64,000 bases of DNA from Anthoceros angustus. Taxonomy: Eukaryota; Plantae; Anthocerotophyta. The translations under genes were made by a program, and so were the position numbers. The stretch spans positions 1-64,000 of the forward strand of contig VJWM01000259.1 of NCBI GenBank assembly GCA_010909165.1. The letters run 5' to 3'. The notes beneath the pieces were generated by a model that worked only from the letters and a program-made list of their open reading frames with translations, ran no database searches and had not been told where the DNA came from. Shown in pieces: positions 23,516-35,422 of this stretch (within the stretch, counting starts at the first letter, position 1; every line of letters starts with the position of its first letter).

Positions 23516-24499
23516 CGGTCCCGAACGATGGCGCCCATGTAATCACATTGTGATCCGGCACTTTCGATCTTGAGTGGGCTGGTTAACACTGAATCAACAA
23601 GTGCATCACTGCGCACTTTGTCTCTTCATCTTTTCGGCGTGAGCTGCTGGATGATCGGGTTGTGCAAGGGCATGTTGCAAGCTGTGAGATCCATGGGGGG
23701 AATGGCGTCATCGACTTCAAGATTGTGCATCTTGCTTTGGTTAGCATCTTGGACTAGCTTCACGGCATTGCAGACGGGCTCCTTGCTAGCATGGCACACC
23801 ACTAACGTGATCTCGTGGCCCTGCAGTGTCCAAGGGAATATGTGCTGGCAGTCCTCCTGCGGTCGGGCCGATAGAAGGCACTCGTCAATTATCCACTCCT
23901 CGCCGGTGGGAAAAGAAACTCATCCTAGCGGTGTCGTAGTTTGTGGCCGTGGTCACCAAGCACGCAGAGACATGGTCATGGCATCCGATGAGCTGGATTC
24001 AATGTGATGTGCACGAGCTCAAGTCTCGCCACACAGGCTCCACGGCCCAGTGCGGATGTTCCATGGGGATTTGAAGTGCTTCTCCACCAAACCAAGCCGT
24101 CTTTGGCTTACTATAATGGCGGGCGAGCGCCCGATATCCACCACCACAGGTGCAGCCGTTGATGACCCGTCCTCTCGGTTGTCTGCTGCGTTACTCACTT
24201 TCATTCGCGGCTGTTGGTAGTGGATGCGTGGATGCTCAACCCTGTTGGTCGGTCATGCGGTCATTTGCAATGGAAGCATCCACGGGCTCCACTGAATTTA
24301 CGGTGATCCGGAAAGGAACAAGTCCCCGGACGACTACCAAATCTCCGGCACATGAGCAGCGGGACTTCACAATATCTGCCGGGTTCTGGAGACGCGTTCG
24401 TCATGCCCATGTCCGCAAGGACATTAATGGTGCCCAACAACCGTCTTGCCTGCTCATGTGTGACCAAAGGGGCATCATGTACAATTGCCCTAAGCGAGG

Positions 24500-27400
24500 G
24501 CCTCATCTCTGTCTGCATTGGCTCTGTCTTTGTCACCGGAGTGAAGATGTATCCTGCCCCGTAATGGGATGGCGTTCAGTGGCAAGGGCATAAAGGATTG
24601 AGGCATTGCTGCCCTTGCTCCTCATTGCACAGTGATGGGCCACGTTTGCTAACACGATGTCAAGCCGGCCAAGATTAATGGCATGCCCAACCCATGTAGC
24701 GGCACATCTTCCCTTAGCTTGTCACGAACATGAGGCTGCATCAACACCTCATGTGGGTGTCCATAATCTTCTCATGTTTCATCGAGAACCACTCTGCGAC
24801 CCTGCGAGCTTAGCTCCACCGCTTCTTGAGGCTGGTTGTAAGCGTGCCCACTGTCTTTAAGGCAAAACCGTGGCCTCCGGCGTCATCTTGTCGCGTTCGC
24901 AACCTTGGCTTTCGCTTTCTCCTCATTGCTTGCTCTTAGAGTCCCAGTGCGGAGTTGCTCTATTGTCTTGATGCTAGTAGCATCTCCGGTGATGCCGACC
25001 CATCTCCTCTCGGGTGAAGTTGAAAGCACACGGTGCTCACATGACCATTCTTTTGACAATGAGTGCAAAGAGGCCTTCTGGGCACTTGCAATTCGGTGAG
25101 ATGTGCTCGGGGCGCCACAATGGTTGCACATGGTGGCCGGTATGTGACTGCGATCCTTGTTGCTCCGCCTTGGTGGCTTAGGTGTAGTCCTTGAAGAAGT
25201 TCCCCGTGACACCTTGAAAACATGCCTTGATAATGGTGGAAGGCCTTGGAATGCTTGGAGGAGAAGGCGGAGTAAGCAATCTCTTTCTTCTCCGCTTCCT
25301 CATGTACTGCTGCAAAGTATAGGCATCGCCATACTTATCCACAAGTGAGGACAACGGTGGAAATGAAACGGTGATCACCCTCAAGGTGTGAGGAATTTCT
25401 CCGCTTCTTGGTGCAGTGAGCATGCAGGTCCCATCTCGCAGCTTTTGCAGCCCTACGGAACACATCGGGTGTCTCCTTTCCGGCGTGCAAAGCTTGCGCT
25501 CCATAATCTTCTCGGGAGTCTTGAGTGGAAAAGCCTTCTCGAGGATCTTCATGAACTCTTCCACAGGTTGGCATATTTGGGGTGTGTATGAATTCATCAA
25601 TCCCTGCGTGGTATTGTCCTCTGTGGCCGTGAGAGGAGGCATCACGGTGGGTGGCGGCCTGCGTGGGCTGTTGTCCTCTGTGGCCGTGAGAGGAGGCATC
25701 ACGGTGGGTGGCGGCAGTGGCGGCGATTACTGCAGATATGGCTCTGGTGGGCACTTGCAATTCGGTGAGATGTGCTCGGGGCGCCACAATGGTTGCACAT
25801 GGTGGCGTAGCGTGCGATCCTTCTGTTGCTCCTTGGTGGCTTAGGCTGGTGTAGTCCTTGAAGAAGTTCCCCGAGGCACTTGCTTGAAAACATGCCTTGA
25901 TAATGGTGGAAGGCCTTGGAATGCTTGGAGGAGAAGGCGGAGTAAGCAATCTCTTTCTTCTCCGCTTCCTCATGTACTGCTGCAAAGTATAGGCATCGCC
26001 ATACTTATCCACAAGTGAGGACAACGGTGGAAATGAAACGGTGATCACCCTCAAGGTGTGAGGAATTTCTCCGCTTCTTGGTGCAGTGAGCATGCAGGTC
26101 CCATCTCGCAGCTTTTGCAGCCTCACGGAAACACATCGGGTGTCTCCTTTCCGGCGTGCAAAGCTTGCGCTCCATAATCTTCTCGGGAGTCTTGAGTGGA
26201 AAAGCCTTCTCGAGGATCTTCATGAACTCTTCCACAGGTTGGCATATTTGGGGTGTGTATGAATTCATCAATCCCTGCGTGGTATTGTCCTCTGTGGCCG
26301 TGAGAGGAGGCATCACGGTGGGTGGCGGCCTGCGTGGGCTGTTGTCCTCTGTGGCCGTGAGAGGAGGCATCACGGTGGGTGGCGGCAGTGGCGGCGATTA
26401 CTGCAGATATGGCTCTGGTGGGCACTTGCAATTCGGTGAGATGTGCTCGGGGCGCCACAATGGTTGCACATGGTGGCGTAGCGTGCGATCCTTCTGTTGC
26501 TCCTTGGTGGCTTAGGCTGGTGTAGTCCTTGAAGAAGTTCCCCGAGGCACTTGCTTGAAAACATGCCTTGATAATGGTGGAAGGCCTTGGAATGCTTGGA
26601 GGAGAAGGCGGAGTAAGCAATCTCTTTCTTCTCCGCTTCCTCATGTACTGCTGCAAAGTATAGGCATCGCCATACTTATCCTAAGTGAGGACAACGGTGG
26701 AAATAAACGGTGATCACCCTCAAGGTGTGAGGAATTTCTCCAGCTTCTTGGTGCAGTGAGCATGCAGGTCCCATCTCGCAGCTTTTGCAGCCCTCTGACA
26801 CATATGTCTCCCTTTCCGTGCAAAGCTTGCCTCATCTTCTCGGGAGTCTTGAGTGGAAAAGCCTTCTCGAGGATCTTCATGAACTCTTCCACGGTTGGCA
26901 TATTTGGGGTGTGTATGAATTCATCAATCCCTGCGTGGTAATTGTTGTCCTCTGTGGCCGTGAGAGGAGGCATCACGGTGGGTGGCGGCTGGTGGCGGCG
27001 ATTACTGCGGATATGGCACGGTGGGTGTCACTTGACCGACTTGGCATTGTAGGCCATCTGCGGTGCCCTTGGAATAATGGATTGGAGGCAGAGTAGTTGA
27101 GGTCGGCTCGCTTGGTGGGCTTCATACAAATCCGGGGCCTCATCACCATGTATCTTGATATGTTCGAACATGTAGAGGTGGTTATCGCGCCCATGTTTGA
27201 ACTTGACCCTACTAATTGCCTCATTGACTATGACCTAAAATCCCTCAACGATTGTGTTCTGGCCCGAAATTTCACCGCCATTTGGCCCTCCTTCCATCGT
27301 GTCGAATCACGACGGGTCCTCTTGCCACAGGTCTTACATGATAAATCTCGGGGCCACGAGCCACGAGGAAAGGCCTAATCCCAGCCCTCCGGTGCACTCC

Positions 27401-27640
27401 CAAGCTGGCCCCTGCTCCTCCTTATCAGTCACACACAAGGTGTAAGTGGGGACCCGGAACCCTAATGCAAAGGATCCTTGTCCGGGCTCACATTGCTGTA
27501 GGTCCTCTAAGGACAAATCTTGTGGCGTGGTGCCCTTCTCCTTCTCACGAAAACCACAGGCACGTCCCTCGTTCATAAGCAGTGCAGTGGGCTATCTCCC
27601 TCTTCACCGGTGGCATGCCCCATGTAATCGGCACGCCCGG
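24500..27640 (-). pseudogene. gag: Element C gag and protease region
   Basis: CNHCGAP(E)HISPNC and CTHCQKNGHVSTVC zinc knuckles; KIMDT-like protease remnant near 24760. Confidence 0.65.
25080..27020. repeat. About three tandem copies of a ~670-bp gag segment, with an internal ~57-bp duplication
   Basis: gggcacttgcaattcggtgagatgtgctcgggg at ~25080, ~25750 and ~26420; ttgtcctctgtggccgtgagaggaggcatcacggtgggtggcggc is doubled in the first two units. Confidence 0.9.
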
Positions 27641-28321
27641 TGAGTCAAGGAAGCCAGCATCAATTGTCGGTGCGGAGGAAAACCTTAGCTGCGAATCGGT
27701 GTGAAACACAAACACACCAATCGCAACTCGGATCCTCCCCTGACCTCAAGCTTTTCAGATGCCTCACTCCTGCGAGAATCCTCAGCCTGTTCAGCGACTC
27801 ACTCCTCGTGCTCGTGCTGTACAAGACCCGGCACCTACCCGCAGCAAGAGAAGTGTTGGCTGCACATAGCCAAATTCCCCAACTAAAACCCTTAGTGATC
27901 AACTTCTCCCGGGCATTCAGTCCACTGTTTCTCACTCGAAAGTAGACAAAAATGATACCAACGGATTCGTCTCAACGAGGCAAACAAGATGGTATGCAAA
28001 TTGAAAGCAGCCGACTCGTGTGGCGATCGCTATGAGCTCTGGACGGCCGTGGAAACTTGCTGCGGTTGAGACATGGGAGGACTCAAAAATTATGAGAGGG
28101 CCTTGAGTTGTGCGGCGCAGCGGGCACACAGCTGGCCTGGAAAATCCCCCAGCACCCACGTAAAACCCAACAAGTCCTGCGACAATCGACCATGCGAAAC
28201 CCTAGCAAAATGCACACCACGTCAAGCCCATAGGCGGGGTCAAGCTGAGCCGTGTAAGTGGACTCCTCCATGCTCCAGGCCAAGGCAGAATCAAGTTGAA
28301 TGCTTCTCGGCGGTTGTCAAT

Positions 28322-28840
28322 AGACATGCACCGGCTCACATGTCTTGATGCTCACTTCCGATTCGAGAAAATTAAAGGGCTGCCCTACACGGGCTGCCTA
28401 GAGCTGATAAGTCCCGAACACGCATTACACACATTGCCACAATCTTTGAGCGCATACACACAATAGTCTTTGCATTCTGACCTAGAAATTCGACAACAAC
28501 AAAATTGCGTGTGTTCTAGCGTTCCTCCTAGGGACTTGACAAGCGCCTTCCACAACGCCTTGGTCTTGTGCTCCATAACCGCCTTGCAACCACCTTGCGT
28601 CGTGATGCAGTGGGCACCACACTCTTGGTGCCGCATCCTCTGGATTGGAGTGATCATGTCGCTTTCTCCCACAGGTGAGAGGGAGACTGGCCCAAGCTTG
28701 GCCATTTTGCGGGTTATTTCCGACTTTCCTGTTTAAGGGCATTTAGTAATTATCGCACTAACCGATTAAACTAAGCTAACAAAACCTACTTGCTAAGCCC
28801 TAGCTTCTAAGAGTTAGTTCCTAGCATCAGTTTCACGTCA
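28322..28840 (-). repeat. Element C repeat A1 (5' terminus)
   Basis: Matches 15822-16338; begins TGACGTG on the minus strand. Confidence 0.88.
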
Positions 28841-29706
28841 GGGTGTCCTATGACTGCCGTCAATTCAAGCAGAGTTTGCAGGACAGGATGGGACCCCAAT
28901 TTGTGGATGACGAAGATGCGGGTAAGTGGAGCATCTTCTACTCCCTTGATATGACCGGGCAGTATTCACACAAGTTATGGCCAGGCTTCACATCTTCCCA
29001 TCAGATGTTGAGGAGCATCATGCCGGTTGTAGGGTGGAGCATTATCCTGGAATCGGGATTTATTTGAGCTCCAGCCGGGGTCCTGGCGTTTGCCACAGAC
29101 TGGACAAGCTATCTGAGAGGGTGCATGGAGGAAGTTGCAGCATCACTTCCAAATGCATCAATGGTTTGATGGGATGAGGTTGCCAGCAGAGTTCGTTGAC
29201 TGGGGAGACACATACCCTCGTCGCTTGATTTTTCTCAAGGAGTGGTTTTGAGTTTTCCACCATCTGCGGACAGGGCATCATGTGGTAGGGTGGCCTCGGC
29301 AGTTTTACATTCTGACCAACAAGCTGAGGACCCCTCATGTTGATCAACGTGCTTGGACTCGAGAGGAGAAGGGCCTGTCTCGAGACTCGCCCGGCCCGCA
29401 CATCTACACTTCATGGTTACCGTTTTCAATTACCCAACACAGGAAGCTTACAGTCGGGACATGGATGCTGGACAGGATGGCGTACATCCTGTTTTCAGCC
29501 AGTTCGATGCACAGAAGCGCTTTGTGGAAGAACAGGTTGACAGTCTCTCTGGATTCAAGCTGCCCAGTGAGATTACGATTAAGCAGGAGGCACAAGAAGA
29601 CCCATCAGATGATGAGGATCTAGAAGATGACGCCATTCCTCCTCCTCGGGCAGAACCACCGTCAGTGTTGGACAAGCTACGTTCTCGCTGGTGGGGACGT
29701 TGGTAA
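28841..29706 (+). pseudogene. Element A 3' extra ORF, C-part
   Basis: SYDCRQFKQSLQDRMGPQFVDDEDAGKWSIFY ... acidic tail EAQEDPSDDEDLEDD...RWWGRW*; in frame with the end of 15222-15674 once C and one TSD copy are removed. Confidence 0.55.
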
Positions 29707-29790
29707 GTAGTTGTTTGTTTTTCTAGGCCAAGATGGTCTAAACAATTTTGTGGGAAACCAGGTGGCTAGGCCTCCAAGTTTCCCGAAGTA

Positions 29791-29968
29791 TTCTGGTCCC
29801 TCTCTTAGGCAAACCCAGGCCTCTTTAGTTCGCCATAGGCCAAGGACAAATTAAACTAGGATTATTGCTCTGGGCCAAAGGCCGAGGCCGCCATGAGTAG
29901 GCCGATGCTTAGAAAGGACTTAGCTTTGTGAGGCTAGGTAGGCATGCGCAGCCTGCGGCGCTGTGACA
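29791..29968 (+). repeat. Element A repeat B1
   Basis: tctcttaggcaaacccag...ggccaaggacaaattaa...cttagaaaggacttagctttgtg...gctgtgaca recurs at 30580-30786. Confidence 0.8.
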
Positions 29969-29969
29969 T

Positions 29970-30578
29970 TATCATCTTTGTCGCTGTATGGGAAAGCAGG
30001 CACCTAAGACTCTATGATATTGATATCGACCGGAGCATCCGGCATAAGCCACGATCTTTGAAGTGTGATGATGTCATGTACATGGTCCATGGATGGCACA
30101 TGACATGTATGCCATGTCGCATAAGTGCCATGTATGCATATGCGTGTGGAGATGAAGGATGACATGTGATGCATGTGGACATGTGGCGGTGATGTGTCAT
30201 GGCGCATGCAATCTATATGCATGGTTATGCATGTAGGTACGGTCTATGACGCGTATAGGTAGCATTTATATTAGAAAATACATAAAAATCGTAAATCAAG
30301 GAAAAGGGCGAATAGAATTTGTTAAACACATAAATATTATTATTTGAAGGCCAAGGAAAGTAGGATTATAAAGTGCCCACCATCGATACGGTGGACACTT
30401 CATCGAGAACTCGGGGTTTTGCCTATATGTGGGCACCCACCATGGATTCTTGGATTGTTGATGTTTGTCTTGTTCTAATAGACAGCCATACTTCGTCCCT
30501 GCTGTGTCTTTGTCTCCTAGAGGTTCTTGTGGTTCGTTGCATTACCAGGTTGGGAGAATTTTCCATCTTGATTTCACC
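29970..30578 (+). repeat. Element A repeat A2
   Basis: Diverged copy of 136-790; separated from B1 by one base. Confidence 0.85.
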
Positions 30579-30579
30579 T

Positions 30580-30786
30580 GTTCGCGGTCCTGGGTCTACC
30601 TCTCTTAGGCAAACCCAGTCTCTTTTTGTAGCCTTGCCCTTGGCCATAGGCCAAGGACAAATTAAGGCTAGGATTATTGCTCCTGGGCCAAAGGCCAAGG
30701 ACGCCACAGGCAGGCTGATGCTTAGAAAGGACTTAGCTTTGTGGCGAGGCTAGGTAGGCATGCAGCTATGCGGCTGCTGCGCGACA
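30580..30786 (+). repeat. Element A repeat B2 (3' terminus)
   Basis: Copy of B1; ends GCGACA and is followed directly by copia gag sequence. Confidence 0.8.
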
Positions 30787-31179
30787 TGGACTTGAAGATG
30801 AAGGAAGGGACGAGGATGTCCGATCATCGAATGATTTCAATACCATTTTCAGCGACTCTCATCTCAAGGTATCACATTCCCAGTTAGTGAGAGCTATGTT
30901 TCATTGGTCACATTACGGAGAGTTGGGACACCTTTGCACTCGAGTAATTACACTTTGCTAGTGGTCTTACCATTGTAAATGTAGAAGGTAGCACATTGGC
31001 GAGGTGAGCAGGAAAAATATGGAACCTTCAAAAGGTTCCGGTGCCCTCATAGTGAGAGGGAGGTCCCGCTGCGAAGGGAAGCAGGACGAAGCTTCTCTCG
31101 TAGCAAATCTCGTAGTCGTAACAAGAATGTGGAGTGTCACTATTGTCACAAAGGGTCACTTCAAAAGAGAGTGCGAGAA

Positions 31180-33530
31180 GTTCAAAAGGACCAAGGAAAA
31201 GAAGCGGGCGACAAGAAGGCGACTTAAATGCATCGAGTTGGAAGAGTTAAACTCGTTGAGGACGGAGATGTCCTTATCTCTTCTTACTTGAATCTTGCAC
31301 AATTAACGGTGTGGATAGTCATTTATTACGCAATTGGATAATTGACTCGGTGCATCTTTCCATGTTACTCCTCATAGAGAGTGGTTTAGCACGTATGATG
31401 CTACAAGGAAAGGATCGTTAGGCTTGGAAATAACTATGCATGCGGATCGCGGTGGTGATGTGCAACTCAAGTTGACAACGGATCTTCATTCATCTTTGAA
31501 GGGCGTTAGGCATGTTCGAAGTTGACAAAGAGCATGATTAGCGCGGGAGTTGGATGATCTTTGGTTACCACTTCTTTGGTTTGGGGATCACTCTTGGAAG
31601 ATCTCCAAAGGTTCTCTTGTGTTAGCTCGTGGATCGAAGTGTGGCACTTTGTACTCACTTGTAAACACATCAAAGATCATGTGATCGTGTGACAGCGACC
31701 AAATGTTTCCTTGTGGCATTGCGGTTAGGACATATGTCTCGAGAAGGGAATGAAGGTTTTATCTCGTTACGGTTATATCCTGTTATTCTTACGATCTCTC
31801 GATGTGTGAGCCTTTGTTTATATGGGAAGCAGACAAAATCATCACATCGAACAAGAGGTAAAGTAGGAGTAAACCTCTTGAGTTGGTTCCGTGATGTATG
31901 TGGACCTATGCCTCTGCATCATTAGGCGGTGCCTCTATTTTGTCACTTTCATAGATGATTTCTCACGCAAGGTGTGGGTTTATCCTTTGAGGAAAAAGGA
32001 TGAAGTTACGGTGTTTGAAATTTGTCACCCTTGTAGAGAATCGATCACCGATTGAAGTGTCTAGGGACGGATAATGGTGGAAGTATGTTTAGCTTTCGGT
32101 CATTTACAGTTCGGAATCAAAAGAATTATGCGCCGTATACTCCTCCACAAAATGGTGTGGTGGCGGATGAAAGAACCATTCGGAGAGGATCGTGGTTTGT
32201 TGTCAAACTACGGATTGCCTAATGGGTTTTGGGCGAGCGATGTCTCTGTTCATCTTATTATGATCTCCTAATAAAATTGATGGCGAGTTCGGAGGAGCTA
32301 TGGCGGAAAGAAACCATCCTACAAGCATCTGCAGTGTTTGGTTGTGAGGCATCTTGCCATGTTCAAAAGGACCAAGGAAAAGAGAAGCGGGGATGACAAG
32401 AAGGCGACTTGTCATCGAGTTGGAAGAGTTAAACTGTTGAGGACGGAGATGTCCTTATCTCTTCTTACTTGAATCTTGCACAATTAACGGTGGATAGTCA
32501 TTTATTACGCAATTGGATAATTGACTCGGTGCATCTTTCCATGTTACTCCTCGCAGAGTGGTTTAGCACGTATGATGCTACAAGGAAAGGATGCGTTAGG
32601 CTTGGAAATAACTATGCATGCGGATCGCGTGGGTGATGTGCAACTCAAGTTGACAACGGATCTTCATTCATCTTTGAAGGGCGTTAGGCATGTTCGAAGT
32701 TGACAAAGAGCATGATTAGCGCGGAGTTGGATGATCTTTGGTTACCACTTCTTGGTTTGGGGATCACTCTTGGAAGATCTCCAAAGGTTCTCTTGTGTTA
32801 GCTCGTGGATCGAGTGTGGCACTTTGTACTGTAAACTTGTCAAAGATCATGTGATCGTGAGCGACCAAATGTTTCCTTGTGGCATTGCGGTTAGGACATA
32901 TGTCTCGAGAAGGGAATGAAGGTTTTATCTCGTTACGGTTATATCCACATTCTTAACTTCTCGATCTCTCGATGTGTGAGCCTTTGTTTATATGGGAAGC
33001 AGACAAAATCATCACATCGAACAAGAGGTAAAGTAGGAGTAAACCTCTTGAGTTGGTTCCGATGATGTATGTGGACCTATGCCTCTGCATCATTAGGCGG
33101 TGCCTCTATTTTGTCACTTTCATAGATGATTTCTCACGCAAGGTGTGGGTTTATCCTTTGAGGAAAAAGGATGAAGTTCGGCGGTGTTTGAAATTTGTCA
33201 CCCTTGTAGAGAATCGATCAGCCCGATTGAAGTGTCTAAGGGCGGATAATGGTGGAAGTATGTTTTAAAGCTTTCGGTCATTCTGTGATTCCAAGGGAAT
33301 CAAAAGAATTATGCGCGTATCTCCTCCACAAAATGGTGTGGTGGCGGATGAAAGAACCATTCGAGAGGATCGTGGTTTGTTGTCAAACTGGATTGCCTAA
33401 TGGGTTTTGGGCGAGCGATGTCTCAGTTCATCTTATTATGATCTCCTAATAAATGAGCGGGTTCGGAGGAGCTATGGTGGAAAGAACCATCCTACAAGCA
33501 TCTGCAGTGTTTGGTATGAGGCATCTTGCC
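31180..33530. repeat. Tandem duplication (~1.18 kb) of element D PR-INT
   Basis: gttcaaaaggaccaaggaaaa...gcatcttgccatgttc occurs twice (starting ~31180 and ~32361). Confidence 0.85.
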
Positions 33531-35422
33531 ATGTTCCAAAAGAGTTTCGGGACAAGTTGGCACCTAAGTCCAAGAAATGTATTTTTCTTGGCTATGGTGA
33601 TTACGGTGAGATGGGATACCGTTTGTGGGATCCGAGGCTAGAAAGGTTGTTCGTACTAGGCGTGTTCTTCAATGAGAACAAGATGCACGAAGCCTACTCC
33701 AAGCGTGGAGGTGCGAAGGGTGATCTTCAAGAAGATGGACATGATCATCATGGGCGGGTTGATACCGTGGTAATGTGCGAGCACATTCCTCCGATAGATG
33801 AACCAAGAGTCGAACAAGCACCTATAGAGGTGCACATGCGTGGGTCGAGGCGGGATTACACGACCTCGGCGGTATGATCCATCTGGATTATGTTATCTTG
33901 ACAGTTGTGGGGAACCCTCTTCTTACAAAGAGGCCATGTCAATGAGTAACAAAGTGGGAGAAGGCCATGCGATCGAAATGAATTATTGCATAAGAACCAA
34001 ACTTCGGAGTTGGTTCTGTTGCCTAAGGATAAGAAGGCACTACCGTGCAAATGGGTGTACAAGATGAAGGTCATACCTCATGATGGCAAACCAAAGTACA
34101 AGGCACGATTGGTTGCTAAGGGTTTCAAGCAACAGCCAGGCATTGACTTTGATGAGATTTTCTCACCAGTAGTCAAAATGACAACTTTGCGATGTGTTCT
34201 TGCTTTGGTTGCGAATGATATGGAACTTATGCGGATGGATGTCAAGACGGCATTCTTGCATGGTGACCTTCAAGAGGGCGTCTACATGCAACGAAGGTTT
34301 TGTTGAGAAGGGCAAAGAGCATCGGTGTGCGAGTTGAGGAAGAGCCTTTATGGTTTGAAGCAGGCACCAGTGGTATCACAAGTTCCACTCATTTATGCTT
34401 TCTCAAGGCTACAAGCGTGGCGATGAGGATCATTGCCTCTATCTGAAACAAGCTAAGGATCAAAGCTTGCTCATTTTGATCCTCTATGTGGATGATATGC
34501 TAATTCTTTGGAGCGATCGATGAGATTTCGTTGAAGTCAAAGTTGAATGCTCACTTTGAAATAATGACTTGGGAGAGGCATATACTTGGCATGCGTGTTA
34601 TGAACAGACATAAGCGTCTTTATTTGTCTCGACGGAATACATTAACGGTGCTTCAACGTTTCAACATGGAGAAGGGAAGCCATTGGGTACTCCATTGCCT
34701 CCATATGTGAAACTTTCAAGCGCGGATTGCCCAAGCTCTGAGGAGGACAAAGCTGAAATGGAGAAGGTCCCATACTCATCGGTAGGGAGTTTGATGTATG
34801 CAATGATTGCTACGTCGACATTGCCTTTGCGGTGGGAGTGGTTAGCGGTTTATGTCAAACCACGGCAAGAAGCATTGGGAGGCGATAAAAGGAGTTATGA
34901 GGTATCCGAATGGTACAAAAGCTTTGTGCATATGTTTTGGTAGTGAAGATGCATGTGTGGTTGGGTACAGATCGATTATGCGAGGATATGGACAAAGGAG
35001 GTCCACATCGAGTTATGTCTTCACGTGCCTTTGGAGGGGCGATCTCATGGCGATCTCGTTTGCGATCGTGCATTCGCTATCTACCGAGGCGTATGTTGCG
35101 ACAGCGAGGCTTGCAAGGAAGCCATATGGCTTGCTCGTTTAGTGGGAGACTTGGGGATCAAGGTTGAGTGCCGGTGTTGCATTGTGATAGCAGTGCTATC
35201 AATTGGCAAAGAATCCGATGTTTCATGCGAAGACTAAACATGTGGATGTGAAGTATCACTTCATTCGAGAGGTGTTGGACGGAGGTACAACTTGTCAAGG
35301 TTCACACGAACCTGCGGATATTCTTACCAAGGGACTCTCTCTACAATTTGCACAAGCTCGGACACGATGGGCATGAGATAGTCCATTCTTCTCACAGGTA
35401 AATTGGCCTTTAAGTGGGAGGT

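Larger units (their letters stand above)
15675..28840 (-). mobile_element. Element C: Ty3/gypsy-like retrotransposon, gag-PR-DNMT-RT-RH-INT-PHD, with split direct repeats
   Basis: Minus-strand termini TGACGTG (28840) ... CACGACA (15675). Probable TSD GAGGT (15670-15674)/G-GGT (28841-28844). Removing C restores the frame PSEV|SYDCRQ. Confidence 0.88.
136..30786 (+). mobile_element. Element A: Ty3/gypsy-like retrotransposon, gag-PR-DNMT-RT-RH-INT-PHD plus 3' AT-hook ORF, with split direct repeats; carries nested elements B and C
   Basis: Starts TGTCATG (136) and ends GCGACA (30786). Domain order is PR, RT, RH, INT. The RH frame rejoins across element B and the 3' ORF rejoins across element C. 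Left and right flanks do not form a TSD, so it may be a chimera of two copies. Confidence 0.8.

Noticed and set aside
25614-25715. CRISPR-like or regulatory repeat array
   Set aside because: Only two copies per unit inside gag, without unique spacers or cas genes.
15675-28840. DIRS/Ngaro/PAT tyrosine-recombinase element (suggested by split repeats and a methyltransferase)
   Set aside because: It encodes an HHCC+DDE integrase and a protease, has TG..CA ends and a probable 5-bp TSD. I found no recombinase motif, and the methylase is C5-type, not the adenine type of DIRS.
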